From Paramoeba atlantica (Eukaryota; Protista; Discosea), in contig CDRNVI010000069.1 in assembly GCA_977017575.1 (NCBI GenBank), forward strand, positions 248,001 through 312,000: 64,000 bases of DNA. Reading direction: 5' to 3'. The notes below the pieces were generated by a model, which saw only the letters and a list, made by a program, of their open reading frames with translations, was not told where the DNA came from and ran no database searches. Positions 33,670 to 45,860 of the stretch are shown piece by piece; position 1 is the first letter of the stretch, and the number at the start of each line of letters is the position of its first letter. Made by a program: the position numbers and the translations under genes.

Positions 33670-34794
33670 TTAGGAATTATGCGTCGTTGTATGGTCTGTC
33701 TGTAAAGCATTAAAAAGCACCCCCATCGCTTCTATATGCTCATTTTTATGTGATGCCAACTTGATGGTCGCAGCGATGTTTTCTCTTGTAAGCCTATCTA
33801 ATAAGACAACTGCATGCTCCTGAAGAACTATTCCTAGTGATGTGCTCATCCGAAGCTGTTTTCGGTTGTTTTCTAGGCTTGTACACTGGGTAGTAACAAG
33901 CGGAATGTTCGTGCTATAGGGGAAACTCACGGAAGAAAGGAGGGTAGGGATCAAACTCAAGTCCCATCGATTGAGAGTTTCATACGGATTGTAGGCGAGA
34001 CTCATCAAGGTGCTTAATATCGCAGAAACACCGGTCATGCTTTGGACAAAAGCACATGCGCACATAGTCCCACGATGTTCTCTTTCAGTTAGATAACTAA
34101 AAGACGTTTGTGAATTGAAGTTCTCCATTGTTTCTTTGTCACGTGTTTGAGTTTCACTATTTCTTTGCGCGTAAATTATTTCCTTAATTACTTTGGCTAG
34201 ACTTTTACAACTTGGGTCGAAACTCATGCGCAACATCTTATGCGTAGGTTCCACCCAAAGAGCAAACGTCTTCCACGTAGGATGATTATGAAGCACTAAT
34301 GAGAAAGGAGCGACGGAGCACTTTGATGACTCACTTGTGGTATTCTTAAGAAAGTGACACACCGCGTTGCATAGTTTACAAAACTGATCCATCCACTGAT
34401 GCCGCTGAACCATTCTCGGCTGTATAACACCGGGTCGTGTCATTCCCTCTCCCTGAGTAAGACTGAATACCTTATCCGGTGAAACATGTTGCTGTGTAGG
34501 AGTGGAAAAATAATCGTCAAAAAGGGTAATCCCACCTACAGCGTACAATGGGTATTGATTTAGCAAAACTCGAACTGCTTTATCTGTGGTTACCGTGCTG
34601 TCGTAGGTCAACCAAAGAGAGGATAAAAGAGGCATTTTTGAAAAGAATTCTTTATGCTCAGAATTTTCCTCTGACTTGGAATCCACGATTGCCTTCTCAT
34701 GTGGCTGATACAGGGAACTTATGTTGTGTGTAACAATGTTGGGATCAAAAGGATCTGGCGAAGGCAGATACTCAGAAGACGAAGTGAGAACCAT
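33670..34794 (-). CDS. Hypothetical protein; weak resemblance to GDP-sugar/Ap4A phosphorylase (HIT-like) fold
   Basis: 374-aa ATG ORF. The RVLLNQYPL motif is suggestive but no intact HIT motif was seen. Confidence 0.55.
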   Translation of the reverse strand: MVLTSSSEYLPSPDPFDPNIVTHNISSLYQPHEKAIVDSKSEENSEHKEFFSKMPLLSSLWLTYDSTVTTDKAVRVLLNQYPLYAVGGITLFDDYFSTPTQQHVSPDKVFSLTQGEGMTRPGVIQPRMVQRHQWMDQFCKLCNAVCHFLKNTTSESSKCSVAPFSLVLHNHPTWKTFALWVEPTHKMLRMSFDPSCKSLAKVIKEIIYAQRNSETQTRDKETMENFNSQTSFSYLTEREHRGTMCACAFVQSMTGVSAILSTLMSLAYNPYETLNRWDLSLIPTLLSSVSFPYSTNIPLVTTQCTSLENNRKQLRMSTSLGIVLQEHAVVLLDRLTRENIAATIKLASHKNEHIEAMGVLFNALQTDHTTTHNS

Positions 34795-35180
34795 AGCAAA
34801 AACTTCGAAGAACTTTATTAAAATAAGAGCCTCGTAATGTGTGATGACTGAACAGTTGTAGTTCTTTTTCTCTAACTATTGTCAAAAACGATCTCGTTTC
34901 TCCCGTAAGAGTATGAAAAACAACCGTCTGATAAAAGACAAAGCGAGAATTGGGTATCTTGACAGACTTCTAGTGAGGTAATATTCAGAATACAGTTGAC
35001 AGGATTCCTCCAATTTTTTGTTTTGTAGGAATTGCGCGTTGTCTATGTACATGTGTATAAGGCATACTTGTAAAATAACATTCACATGATTTTATGATCA
35101 TGACCACGTTGCGCCTCTGTAATGTTCAATATGTTTCTGTATTTTTTAAATATGCTCAGTAGAGTTTAGGAGTCCTGGCT

Positions 35181-36235
35181 TCATTGCCACATATGTACAG
35201 AATCAATATGTACATTTGGTGGTATTTGCTGCGGAATGGTACTTCTAATAGGATTTCCGATAAGCCCAAGCTCAGTCTCGGGTGACATAAGGGAAAAATC
35301 AACGCCACTAAATTTATTATAATCCAGTGAGAGGGTAACAAGAGAGGGAAGGATTTTATTTAACTGAAGGTCTCCTTTGAAAGAATTGGAGCTCAGATTA
35401 AGCTCGCTCAATTGGCCAGACTGAGTGTCCCAGAGAATTTATTTCCATTGAGAAGCAACGCTTCTAGCCCGTGGGGAAGCTTTCCGAGGTTCAGTTCTCC
35501 GCTAAGCTGTGTACTGCTAATCACAAGAACACGAAGCCCTTGTGGCAATAAATCAATTTCCAAGTCCCCTGTAAACAAATTGGCACTGAGGTTGAGATAT
35601 CGTAAAGAGGAGGGTAGCTTGTGCAACACCAAATGACCCGACAACTTGTTGTGCTCAAGCGAGAGTCCTGAGAGTCCTGGAGGGAGATGGAGCAAATCTA
35701 CAGGCCCACTGAGTTTGTTGTGGTTAAGATGTATTTCGTCCAATCCTTGTGGCAACTCTCCTAATCCCACGGGGCCTTGAAATCCATCATATTGTAGGTT
35801 GACAGTGCGTAGACTGTGTGGTAATGAGTCCAGAATAAGCTCACCAGTACATTCCTCACTGCACAGATACAACATAATGAGCTCCCCCGGTAGTGCGTGA
35901 AGTGAGGCATTGCCATGAAAGCCGTTGGAGCCCACGTGGAGGATTTGCGTAGTGGGGGGAAAACAATCCCACGCGAGATAGCCTCCAAGGTTCTGATGCG
36001 ACCAGTGCACCCTTCGCACCACGCCTTGCTCATCACATCCCACTCCAAACCAACGGCAGGCAGGAGTCGAGTGCGTCCAACTTTCATGGGGAGTGTGTAC
36101 GTGTTGAATCACACGGAGAAGAGAGAGCTCGGCGGAGAGCATTGCCCCGCGCACTTTTTGTGGTTTTCGTGTAGGGCTGGGGGTATCCCTTGCAAAACAC
36201 AATCCCGAAGAAGGAAAACAAAAGCTTGCTGACAT
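35181..36235 (-). pseudogene. LRR family gene with a frameshift near 35410
   Basis: ORF 35408-36235 ends ...SLAN*; LRRs continue in another frame (35181-35411, LSELNLSSNSFKG). Confidence 0.75.
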
Positions 36236-37172
36236 GAACCGATACTAAAATTACCAAAACAAAACAAAATTACACAATAGAGTAACAGAATTCAGAAAAT
36301 GTATTAAAAATTTACCTTAATGTAGCGTAGAAAAAGACGAAAAAAAGATCCCGGCTTATTGTGCTGGGTCCTCAAAAAATAGTGCTAAAAATTGTCCAAT
36401 TTTCGCAATAAAGATGGTCTGAGAAAGGCTTAAAAAGTACCCCTTTCCATTTTCGAAGGGACAACTCTGACTTCTATGTCGGGTGGGGATCATGTATGTC
36501 TTGTATGAGCTTCGCAAACTCGGCCTCTACGGGCAGTGACATTCCGCGTATTTTTCCAAGACGCGTTTTGGGATGGGCTTCTTCGGATGCTATAACACAG
36601 AGCATCAGCAAAAGTTTTAGGAAAAGTATAGGTCGTCGTGGAACGCATAACATTTTTCAGATGATTTTTTACATTTTCCACTCATCTACTCGCTTCATGC
36701 ATAAATGTATTGTGCGTGTGTTTCCTTCTTGGTTATATTCCTTCTTGGTGTATTTTGATGAGTGTTTCACCATTTCCATGGTAGTAAATTCCCATTTAAA
36801 GTTTAGACATAAGATTCGTCAGAAATTTTAGGATAGCACCAAAAAAAGAACTTTAGGATAGTATCAAAGCGTTCGGCAACACGTCAACGAATGGATTTAA
36901 AGTCCATTCAAAGTCACTTTAGAGAAGAGGAGTACAAGCCGATCTTTCTCTTGGCAACATGTTTTTGCAATAAAGTAATCGGTGTGGTGAGTGTTCAGAA
37001 AGACATTGTTCGTTCTAAACTTCCTTTAAAAGCCCTAGCGTAGTTGCGAAGGACCTACACCTGTTTGTTGTCCAAACACTCACCAAATTTTAGTGAGTGT
37101 TTGTCAAACATTCTCTCAAGTTTGTCTGAAAAACGACGCATCGGAATATAATATGCACTTTATGCCGGCGGC

Positions 37173-39212
37173 TTAAATCAGAAACGGCTTCACAATGCTG
37201 CCATCATGGCTAAAAAACATTGTTGAAACTGTAGGCAAAGTTGAAACTGACCCTTTTAACAGCGAAGTGTCTGAATCTTCGTCAAGACTTCCGGGTGATA
37301 ATGAAGAAAACGGCTTCTTCGGGTCTTTGTTTATCGCCTCAGAAATGTGATGCGTCCAATTCGGAAGACACGTGGGCCAACTGTAACTGGGTAGTTGGTC
37401 ACGTATTATGTTATGTCGGTCCCATTTTTCTGTATTCCCTACTTCGCGATGAGGAAAAATATGCTGATATGCCGTCGAATCGGCAGGAGGACATTCTTTC
37501 CAAACGGAAAATTCCTTTTCAAATTTGAGCAAAAGGTATTCACCAGGACCATTTTTCCGCGCGTAGTTTATCGTTTGTTCAAGAACATACGCAAGTGATG
37601 CAAAAGATTTCTCTATTAAATCGCGCTTAACATCGTCTTCCATGTTGCCAGTGTTGTGGGGAAGTCGGACTATGTTATCTGAATTGGATTCACAATAAAA
37701 TGTCTCTACATGCAAAATACTAGACGTATATGCATTTACTCGAACGCAATGAGTTTGAGGATAAAAGGGAATGACTGTGTGCAATCGAATACGTTCTGCC
37801 AGCGACAATATTTCGAATTGAAAACCTGTTGGATCATCCGGAATTTGATTGTACATTTTGTTGTGGTATTCCATCTTCACCAAGAGGTATTCGAAATATA
37901 CAACTTGGCGCACCAATAATTTCACAGGACCGACTTGCACAACACGATACACGAATTCTCCGCTCGAATCATCCACCTGTCGAAGCCCTTCTGCTCGAAT
38001 AGCGTTTCGAAAAAATATACGATTTTTATTCCGCGCAGAGCATGCGACTCTTGAAAGCGGCTTGCCCAAATAAAGAACCCCATCACGAGACACATGCGTG
38101 GGTACCCGCGCTCGGCTCGTCTCCACATCCGCCACCAGGTCACACAGCAGCGTGAGAAGCGTACCGAGTGATAGCACGACGTGACAACCCAACGCTTTGG
38201 CTTGCTCCCAACACTTCGGGTCCTTACTCACGGGAGGTCGGGTGAGTGGCTTGCGAAAACATTTCTTGGTCTTCGGCTTTTGATTTTCTTTAATTTCTGT
38301 GTTATTCCCATCCGTGGCGACGCTCTCGTGGTTGTACCGAAGACAAGGAGTAATCCCACTGGGGGAGAGGTTCACGTGCTGTCGTGGAGGTCCATGCAGG
38401 AAGGGGTTGAGTGTAATATCCATTTGATGAGGCGGTACGGTCTGAGGGAGTTGCAGAGGCTTTACGTGGGGAAGTGAAGCGTAGATCTGATGGGTAGTGG
38501 GGCCAAGCAGCTCCCCGTGTAACGGTGGCAATTTCTTCCAAATCTCCGGGCTGACCTCAAGGTTCGCTTTGGTGGCGCGGTTGTAATGGGTAGGATATTG
38601 CGAAAGTCGTTGTTTTCGGACTTCCATAAGGTTATCGATGGCGCTAATTACATGCGGAAAGACACCCAAACAGGTTTGACAAACATGCTCTTTAATTTTA
38701 TGCTCACACATACGGCAACGCCGGAAAGAACGCTTTTGCTCTTCAAAGTATTTGGGGTGCGTTCCATGTATCGTTTTCTTATCGGATGGCTCATTTGCAG
38801 CTGTACTCAATGATCTCTTCCTGGCGTGTGTATCGGCAGGTGTCATTTTTCTGCTTTCTGTTTCAGTGTGTAGTGCATCATTCGGGAGCAATTTGCGAAG
38901 TATTTCAACCGTATGTTTGGGAATTTCGGAAGTAATCTCGCGTGGAGGAGGAAATGATGCATAATCTTGCCATGAAATAAGAACCTTTTTTGCCGCCCGG
39001 GAAGCTTCATGTCCCGGAAGTTGAGTTCCAAAATGAACATGATCGCTCCGATTTAATTGCGAAGGGCCTGGTGGGAGTGCACGAGGAACTTTTGTCGGCA
39101 ACGACCATTCCTTCCACAAACTTTCAACGGGGGGAGAACTTGAGTTCATGTTGTCGTCGGCATTCTCTTCCGTATCACTCATGGAGTACGTATGTGTGAG
39201 TCTAGAAATCAA
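37173..39212 (-). CDS. Protein with NARG2/ICE2-like C-terminal domain
   Basis: VVLSLGTL...LYLGKPL...KNRIF...YRVVQVGPVKLLVR...LLVKMEY...E..SLAE...VRVNAYTS..E follows the NARG2_C motif order as I recall it. Confidence 0.55.
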   Translation of the reverse strand: MISRLTHTYSMSDTEENADDNMNSSSPPVESLWKEWSLPTKVPRALPPGPSQLNRSDHVHFGTQLPGHEASRAAKKVLISWQDYASFPPPREITSEIPKHTVEILRKLLPNDALHTETESRKMTPADTHARKRSLSTAANEPSDKKTIHGTHPKYFEEQKRSFRRCRMCEHKIKEHVCQTCLGVFPHVISAIDNLMEVRKQRLSQYPTHYNRATKANLEVSPEIWKKLPPLHGELLGPTTHQIYASLPHVKPLQLPQTVPPHQMDITLNPFLHGPPRQHVNLSPSGITPCLRYNHESVATDGNNTEIKENQKPKTKKCFRKPLTRPPVSKDPKCWEQAKALGCHVVLSLGTLLTLLCDLVADVETSRARVPTHVSRDGVLYLGKPLSRVACSARNKNRIFFRNAIRAEGLRQVDDSSGEFVYRVVQVGPVKLLVRQVVYFEYLLVKMEYHNKMYNQIPDDPTGFQFEILSLAERIRLHTVIPFYPQTHCVRVNAYTSSILHVETFYCESNSDNIVRLPHNTGNMEDDVKRDLIEKSFASLAYVLEQTINYARKNGPGEYLLLKFEKEFSVWKECPPADSTAYQHIFPHREVGNTEKWDRHNIIRDQLPSYSWPTCLPNWTHHISEAINKDPKKPFSSLSPGSLDEDSDTSLLKGSVSTLPTVSTMFFSHDGSIVKPFLI

Positions 39213-39620
39213 ACCTTTAAATACAAAGAGATGGTCTCCTCAACTCAGAGTTCACTGTTTTAGTTTGGGATAAAACAATTTACTACATTTACAAAATAAA
39301 ATGTATTAATACGCACGGAGATGAAATCTGACAGTGCATCAAAGCACATACCCCGCACATTCATTTTCTATATGTATTTATACACTTTGTGCATCCATTT
39401 TAAATAATGGCCGGCTGGAAATATTGAGTCTTGATCACTGACTATCCGCTAAATGCGACACTTGTTTTTACAATGAAGGCAACCTCTCTGTGCCTTGCAG
39501 ATTGGAAGCCGTTGTGCTTCTATATTGAAGAGTCCTTCTACCATTTAAGAGTGGTTGCATAAAGGTCTCTGAGAACAGAAAAAATTATAGCTTAGCACTC
39601 TGCGAACCAGAATTCTTTCT

Positions 39621-40019
39621 CTATACGTTCCATTTCCAACCGGCAAAAAAGTTAAGCACACCCAGTACAGTTAGGTAGGCAGCAATAATAATACCCCACC
39701 CTTTCCACATTAACCCCGCAAGAAAAATATAGAAGAGCCCACGACCAGTGCGGGTTGTGAGAAATTTACAGTAAACCTCAAAGCGAGGTGTCCGAAGAAA
39801 TCCAAGTTCGGCTACCAGTGATATCATAGCGAACACTATGAGATAGAAATGTACCAACGTCCATCGTAGTGATGTAAAGTGGCATAACATATACGCGTTG
39901 TATGCAGCAAGGCCCAGCCCCCCAATAGCTCCGGCAATGAGCAGAACCCACCGAATGGACTGTAGACTGCGAGGCCTGGACTCTACAGTGGTGCGATACC
40001 CCGATGAGGAATCCTCCAT
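39621..40019 (-). CDS. COPI-associated / TVP15-like Golgi membrane protein
   Basis: Four TM segments; KFLTTRTGRGLFYIFLA motif. Confidence 0.85.
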   Translation of the reverse strand: MEDSSSGYRTTVESRPRSLQSIRWVLLIAGAIGGLGLAAYNAYMLCHFTSLRWTLVHFYLIVFAMISLVAELGFLRTPRFEVYCKFLTTRTGRGLFYIFLAGLMWKGWGIIIAAYLTVLGVLNFFAGWKWNV

Positions 40020-40296
40020 AAAGGTTCAGTAAAGTAAGTAGAAAGCAGCAATCTAAAAAGTACTTTGTGAATCCTCTACTTATACGATGAAAAATTTGAG
40101 TACGCGTTGCGTTCCTTCTCAGGCTCCAATAACACACCTTTCAGAAAGCAAACAACCCAACAGATGATCATGTTTCATTGTCTATACTTCAGGGGAATGA
40201 CTGTCACATTTTCGAAAGTTAGTAGAACACAGCGCATCAGTAAAAACATGTACAGTGATACCCATAGTCTCGAAGAGAAAATTCAGAAGATACATC

Positions 40297-41250
40297 TCAC
40301 CCCATCACCTCTGTTTTATACTTTTCAAACGGCAGAACGCTTAAAGCGTTTAGAGCTGTGTTTAAGCCTAAATCCATTGTTTCCGTAAGCATGTTCTCCG
40401 CTAAATTTTGCAAATGTAGTCGAGCATTCGGTTTGCCAACGTTGCTTACGTCATCCTCTTCTTTTCCACTGCGCAGTGCCTTTTCATATTGCAATGCAAG
40501 GGAAGCCATCTTCTTGAGATTTTCCACGCGGTTTTTGTTTTTCACCACTCTCGAACCCTCTCGCAGGGCGTTCTCCCACCCCTTTTTGTACACATTCTGC
40601 AACATATTCATCTCGTGCTCATTTTTACGATACTCCACGGGCATACTATAGTACTGTCGATTAAGATTATGCATCAGCGCCTGTATGGAGGGAGGGTTAA
40701 GAAACCCCACGTTGGAGGTAGTCTGTCGGGGCTCCTTTCCCGTCATCATCGCACTCTGCGGAATACACCGAAACGCGTCCATCACCACTCTCCCCCGGAC
40801 ACTCTGAATCGGATCCACCACCACCGACACCGACCGCGGGTTGAGCTGCTCAAAACTCTGCGCCGTACTCACATCCACCCCTGAGAGCCAGCACCCGAAC
40901 CCGGGGTGGGAGTGGTACCACCCCACCACCTTCTCCGGGCGCCCCACGAGCTCCAGCTTGGCCAGCATCCCGGCCTGGTACTCCGGGTCCACGGCCTCGA
41001 CGGAGATCCCGGTGCCGCTCTGGGGCATGGAGAACACGTCGACGACCCGCACGGTGTACTCGTCGAGGAACTCCCCGACCATCAGCCCCATCACCTCCAT
41101 CGGGACCCCCGCGCGCCCGTGCAGCAGCATCTTGAGGAGCGCGAGGGGGGAGAGGTGGACGGTCTCGGCGGTGTCCGCGACCGGGAGGTCCACCCCCTCG
41201 GGGGAGCCCCGCGACCCCTGGAGCTGGCGCAGGATCGCGTTCAGATCCAT
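40297..41250 (-). CDS. RPN11: 26S proteasome lid deubiquitinase RPN11 (JAMM)
   Basis: ETVHLSPLALLKMLLHGRAGVPMEVMGLM, GWYHSHPGFGCWLSGVD. Likely start MDLNA at 41250; the upstream in-frame part is the polypyrimidine tract. Confidence 0.97.
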   Translation of the reverse strand: MDLNAILRQLQGSRGSPEGVDLPVADTAETVHLSPLALLKMLLHGRAGVPMEVMGLMVGEFLDEYTVRVVDVFSMPQSGTGISVEAVDPEYQAGMLAKLELVGRPEKVVGWYHSHPGFGCWLSGVDVSTAQSFEQLNPRSVSVVVDPIQSVRGRVVMDAFRCIPQSAMMTGKEPRQTTSNVGFLNPPSIQALMHNLNRQYYSMPVEYRKNEHEMNMLQNVYKKGWENALREGSRVVKNKNRVENLKKMASLALQYEKALRSGKEEDDVSNVGKPNARLHLQNLAENMLTETMDLGLNTALNALSVLPFEKYKTEVMG

Positions 41251-42422
41251 GGGGAAAAGGAAAAGGAGGAAGAGAGGTAAAAAAATAAAGGCGGGTGAAA
41301 ATGGTGAAAAAAGTGAGAATCTCGTTTTTGATTGCACACAAAAATATTTACCGTCCCCCCATTTACTGTGACCCCCCCTTTAATATGCACAAAATTGAAG
41401 CTGAAGAAAGTTCGTGTAGTGAGACCGATTTGATTTTTTTCCTTTTTTATTCTGTTTGGAAAGTCACTTAGGATACCAACTTCCAACATTATGTTACTCA
41501 ATACTGTAGACTTTTTAGCTTTCTCTATCTGCTTCTCTATCCGCTTAAAATCTTCTCTATCTGCTTCTCTTCGTCAACACATGTCGCACACGGACGGTGT
41601 ACCGACAACCGTTCATAGAATAAAAGGTCCGCTGTCGAGTTGGGCTGGGTCAGCGCCACCTTCCCCACAGGTAGGGGAACGGGCACCTGTTCTACAAACT
41701 AATACACCTCCAACGCCGTTGGAGGTTGTACCGTTGAACTGTAAAAGAAAAAAAGCGGCAGCGAGTTGAACTCACAATTTACGACAAACGCGAGATTTGT
41801 CGATCCCAGGACTCAGTGAAGGCTATTCGAGAAAAGTACGGGATATCCATACCCCAACAGTTAATTTACCAATTAACCGTGTTAATTAACCATTAATTAA
41901 CCAGTAGTTAATTTGGTTAACCACAAAGCGGTTTCGCGGATGCGCGCACAGCGAGGTGTAAGAATGTGTACGTTTTGTGTACTCAGCGAGAGGTGGAGTG
42001 AAGAGGTGAATAGGCAGCGACTTTGAGGGGCGGAAAGGGGTGAGATCTCGCATTTTCATTGGAAAGTATGCAGCAGGTCTAAGTTCGTGTTGGTCCGTGA
42101 TGAGGTGTGTGGTAATCCGTGTGGATTCGTGTAGAATTTGTTTTGGCATTCTTTGAGAGAGGCTCAATGGCTCGGCCGCTAGGAGGAAGGTATTGTAGAC
42201 CAGGGATAGAATTAGTTAAACCACCCTTTATGTTCCTGATCTAAGACGTCTTGATCTAAGTAACTTTATGTTGCTGGTCTAAGATGTCGTAATGGAGCCT
42301 GTATCAGTCATCATTATTTGCTGGTTTGAATCTCTGCTTGAAGATACTGGTTTGTTTTGGTTTTTGTTTCGTTTTGCTGCGATCTCGGGATACACTTGAG
42401 GGGCTGCGGGTGAGGCCCAATA

Positions 42423-42483
42423 TGAGATCACGCGAGATCATGCGACATCACGTGAGATCATGCGAGATCACGCGAGATCTCAC
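42423..42483. repeat. 10-bp tandem repeat (GAGATCAYGC)n
   Basis: About six imperfect copies. Confidence 0.7.
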
Positions 42484-43229
42484 TAAAGTGGATTTGTCTC
42501 GGGACGGTGGTCGGACGATATCATATCTCGAAGAACAGTTTACGACATCCGTGCGACTGGGATTTACCCGGACAGTGGTTTAGTTAAAACACGTCACTTG
42601 AAAGAAAAGTTGAATAACAGCTGAAAGAATAACAACTGAAGGAATAAATCCGCTTAGGCACATACTAATAATCCTTATGATGGTAATGGTCGTTCCCACA
42701 CGAAAATATCGGATTTAGCGCTCTCAGAACAAAAATACTCAAAAACGCCCCCATTTTTACCTAAAAATCGGCGATTTTTGGTTCAAATCCTTCCGGTTTT
42801 TTCGGCTTCCTTTTTTTAGGCTTTTTTTCGCGAAGCTCGCAACATGAGTGACTTCTCACTTGAAAACAACCACCGCGTTTAACGAAGAGCCTAAAAAAGA
42901 AAAATATTAAGAATGAACTAGATAAAACTACTATAAATCGGGAAAAAAAGTGTTTCTGTGTAAGTCTGTGTGAATTCGTGTACATCCGTGTAGGTTCGTG
43001 TAGGTTTTTTTGAACCCCAACCTAGCCCATCTGCAGACTCTCCATTGTAATCGATCTAATACCCCAAAAAACAAAGTTGACTTCGGGTTCAGCATTGGAA
43101 GACACATATGCATGCTTTCGGAAGCTTTCGTTAGGAGAAGATGGGGAATGATACAGTGCCTGTCTCCGGCAGACGTGGAACATAGGATCTCAGTGTTTCT
43201 CACAGTTTACCTTCAGAATGCCGTTCGGA

Positions 43230-43550
43230 AACTCGTTCTGCTTTTTTCGGGGATGAAACGGCGATGTTGGTAAACGGTGAGGTACAAGGATATACGCTAG
43301 AGCAGATCGGATACCTGCAACCGAAGGTGGTCGACACAAATCCCAAGGAAACTGTTACCGTCTTCCTGGCTGGAATATATGACTTTGCCCTAGATAAAGT
43401 TTACCCTCTTTACCCAACTGATATATTCAACCACAGCGCCAAGAATCGTGAGAGTTCTAGCATTTATGCTGAAATGACGCGCCAGGCTTCCGCTCTTACT
43501 GGAATATACGCGGATGTTAGTCAATCTGGTTGGGTAAAGGGAGATAACCC
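43230..43550 (+). pseudogene. pogo-like (DDE_1) transposase remnant
   Basis: GDETAMLVNGEVQGYTLEQIG..PKVVDTNPKETVTVFLAG...PLYPTDIF matches the pogo DETxxx..T...G...V...K...TV.LA...P.IIF pattern. Confidence 0.55.
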
Positions 43551-44634
43551 CCCTCTCATTAATAATTATAAACCTCTAAAAATCATTAACATGTTGGTTT
43601 ATAGGAAATTAATTAGACTATAATTCTGAGTCTCACTTTTATAATTATAAACCCCAAATTCTTCATTTTTTATCTAGAAAGTCATCTGTACCACATGCTT
43701 TGCACTAAAAACTGCTTCCAAGTTGAGTAAAGTGTCTCGAAAATCAAGAATTTGAAGCCCATAATAAGAAAAATTCACTTAATAAGTGAATTTTTATTGA
43801 TGAATTTTTATTTCTATTGATGATTTCTATTGATGAATTTTCATTTTAATACGGTCCCCCCCACTTAAGCGCAACCAGGTTTTGGCCTAAAATTGCGCAT
43901 AAGTAGCCGGGTCAATAAAAGGGGTGAAAAAAAATTTTCGCGCCGCTTCGCGGCGCGTGTTTCAATCATGAGTTATGTACGCGGGGTGCCCCGGGGGGCT
44001 GCTTTTTATACACTCCCCCTCTAATTTCTATAAAATATATTTTATAAAAAAAATGAGTTATAAAACCCACACAGCGAATAAGTCACCCCCCTCTTTTTTT
44101 TGTACAACGAGGCTTAGGGGGGTTGCGGCACCACTTTTTCGTTCAAAATTTTGAGATCTGCACGTTCCCGCTGTTTTTAGACCTCTTCACAGATAACAAA
44201 TTAAAACTCATTTTTTTAATGACGTTTTTACATAGTCATGCCAATATTACCTGAAAAATCTCATGTTCCTCGACCAGGGGGGAGAAGGGGGTCAACATGA
44301 AAATAGTGTCACAGATCTTCGCTAGGGGAACGAGATCTCTCGATTGCAACAAAAATGATGAAAAACAGATAACAAACATTCAATTTGTCACGTGGTGGAA
44401 TATTTGTCTTTGATTGGTTATTTCTTGAAACGGTGATAAATCAACTTTTTTAAGCTGTCCCCTTTACTTTTTGCTTGAAGGGGCCTAAGGGGGTCAAGAT
44501 ATCATTTTCTCGTTCAAAATTCTGAGATCTACACGTTCCCACCATTTTTAGATCATTTTAGAAACTGAAAAAGAAAATTGTTTTTAGGTTCTATTTTTTT
44601 GCATCGTCATACCACACTAATTTAAGAAAACAAA

Positions 44635-45860
44635 GGTGAAACTGAAGCAAAATTCGGTTTTTTTTCAGCTTTTGTCTATCAAATTCTCTGATTGTAGAAA
44701 ATACTTCTCCAGAGATCGTATTCATATTTTCTTGAGTTTTTCGCTATTCTTTTCGCCATTTTCAGTTACTTGGTCTATCTTTCCATGCCTTGCACGGGGT
44801 GTGTTGGGTTTTTTTGTCGGCGAAAGCTGACAATAAGTAAGATTGCAACTTGGACTGAAAAGCAGTGTGTGGAGTGGCTACAAGATCATAAGTTGGTGGC
44901 ACAAAAGGTCATATGTTGCAAGCGAAATCACACGAGTGACCACACTATGGAAATGAATGGTGAAAAATGGAAGTGCACGAAGTCTTGCAAAGGGATATAT
45001 GAGAAGACGGGTCCACTGTTGCCGGGCAGGGTGCAGCGAAGCGCTAAACAAACACTGAAGTACATTGTACTTTACGTTCGGGGGAATAGACATGAGGTGT
45101 CTGTTGCAGAGACGGAGCTCAGTGAGAAAACAATTATATCACTACGTCAGTGGATTGATTCCATCATGACAACTTGTCATGTGCGTCGACGCGCCCGACA
45201 AAGAGGGAGCGTCCACTCGATGCAGTGTGATGAAACTTTTTTCTCGGTTCGGAAACGTCACCGAGGTAGTCACGGTTCGAGGAGCGTGCGCGCAGAAGGT
45301 ACGCAAGTAGCCCAAACAGTTGCGGCGACGACTCGAAACAACAAGTTATCCGAAATTTTAATGCAAGTAGTACCAGATCGCACTGCTGGTTCTCTTGTCC
45401 CCGGAATTACAGAACTAGCCACAGGAGAACGTACCAGAATTTGGACAGACGGCGCTCGTCACAATATTCGTCTCGGGCAGAACTACAAGTGGGAAAGCGT
45501 CAACCACCGTCGACAGTGGGTCACAAAGGAAGGTGTGCACACAAACACTGTGGAGTGTGCGAACTCAATCGTCAAGAAGCGTTCAAAGCGTGAAGGTGGT
45601 GTGTTGGGCCGGAAAGGCGCCCGGAGAGATGATCGGGTGCAGGCCTACGCAGAGCAGGGAAGCGGAAGTTTGAAGTGTAATGGGGGGGATGCTTTGTTGC
45701 GCGTGCTTGAAAATTTAAAAGAGCATTGCGCTTGCGTATACGTATAGTGTCCGCTTTTTAAGTCTAAAGTTGTGAGTTTAAGTTTTTCAACATTTTTTGA
45801 GCATTTTTTGAACAGATTTATGAAAAAAACGAAAAAAACGAATTTTACTTCAGTTTAGCC
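44635..45860 (+). mobile_element. Merlin (IS1595/ISXO2-like) DNA transposon with intact ORF
   Basis: Imperfect TIRs GG(TG/CT)AAACTGAAG(C/T)AAAATTCG; no TSD visible. Confidence 0.85.
44785..45747 (+). CDS. Merlin/ISXO2-like DDE transposase
   Basis: N-terminal Cys/His finger; QCDETFF, WTDG, VNH, HTNTVEC (D, D and E all present). Confidence 0.9.
   Translation: MPCTGCVGFFCRRKLTISKIATWTEKQCVEWLQDHKLVAQKVICCKRNHTSDHTMEMNGEKWKCTKSCKGIYEKTGPLLPGRVQRSAKQTLKYIVLYVRGNRHEVSVAETELSEKTIISLRQWIDSIMTTCHVRRRARQRGSVHSMQCDETFFSVRKRHRGSHGSRSVRAEGTQVAQTVAATTRNNKLSEILMQVVPDRTAGSLVPGITELATGERTRIWTDGARHNIRLGQNYKWESVNHRRQWVTKEGVHTNTVECANSIVKKRSKREGGVLGRKGARRDDRVQAYAEQGSGSLKCNGGDALLRVLENLKEHCACVYV

Noticed and set aside
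42775-42800. GGTTCAAATCC B-box/T-loop-like motif
   Set aside because: No T-stem, acceptor stem or A-box, so it is not a tRNA.
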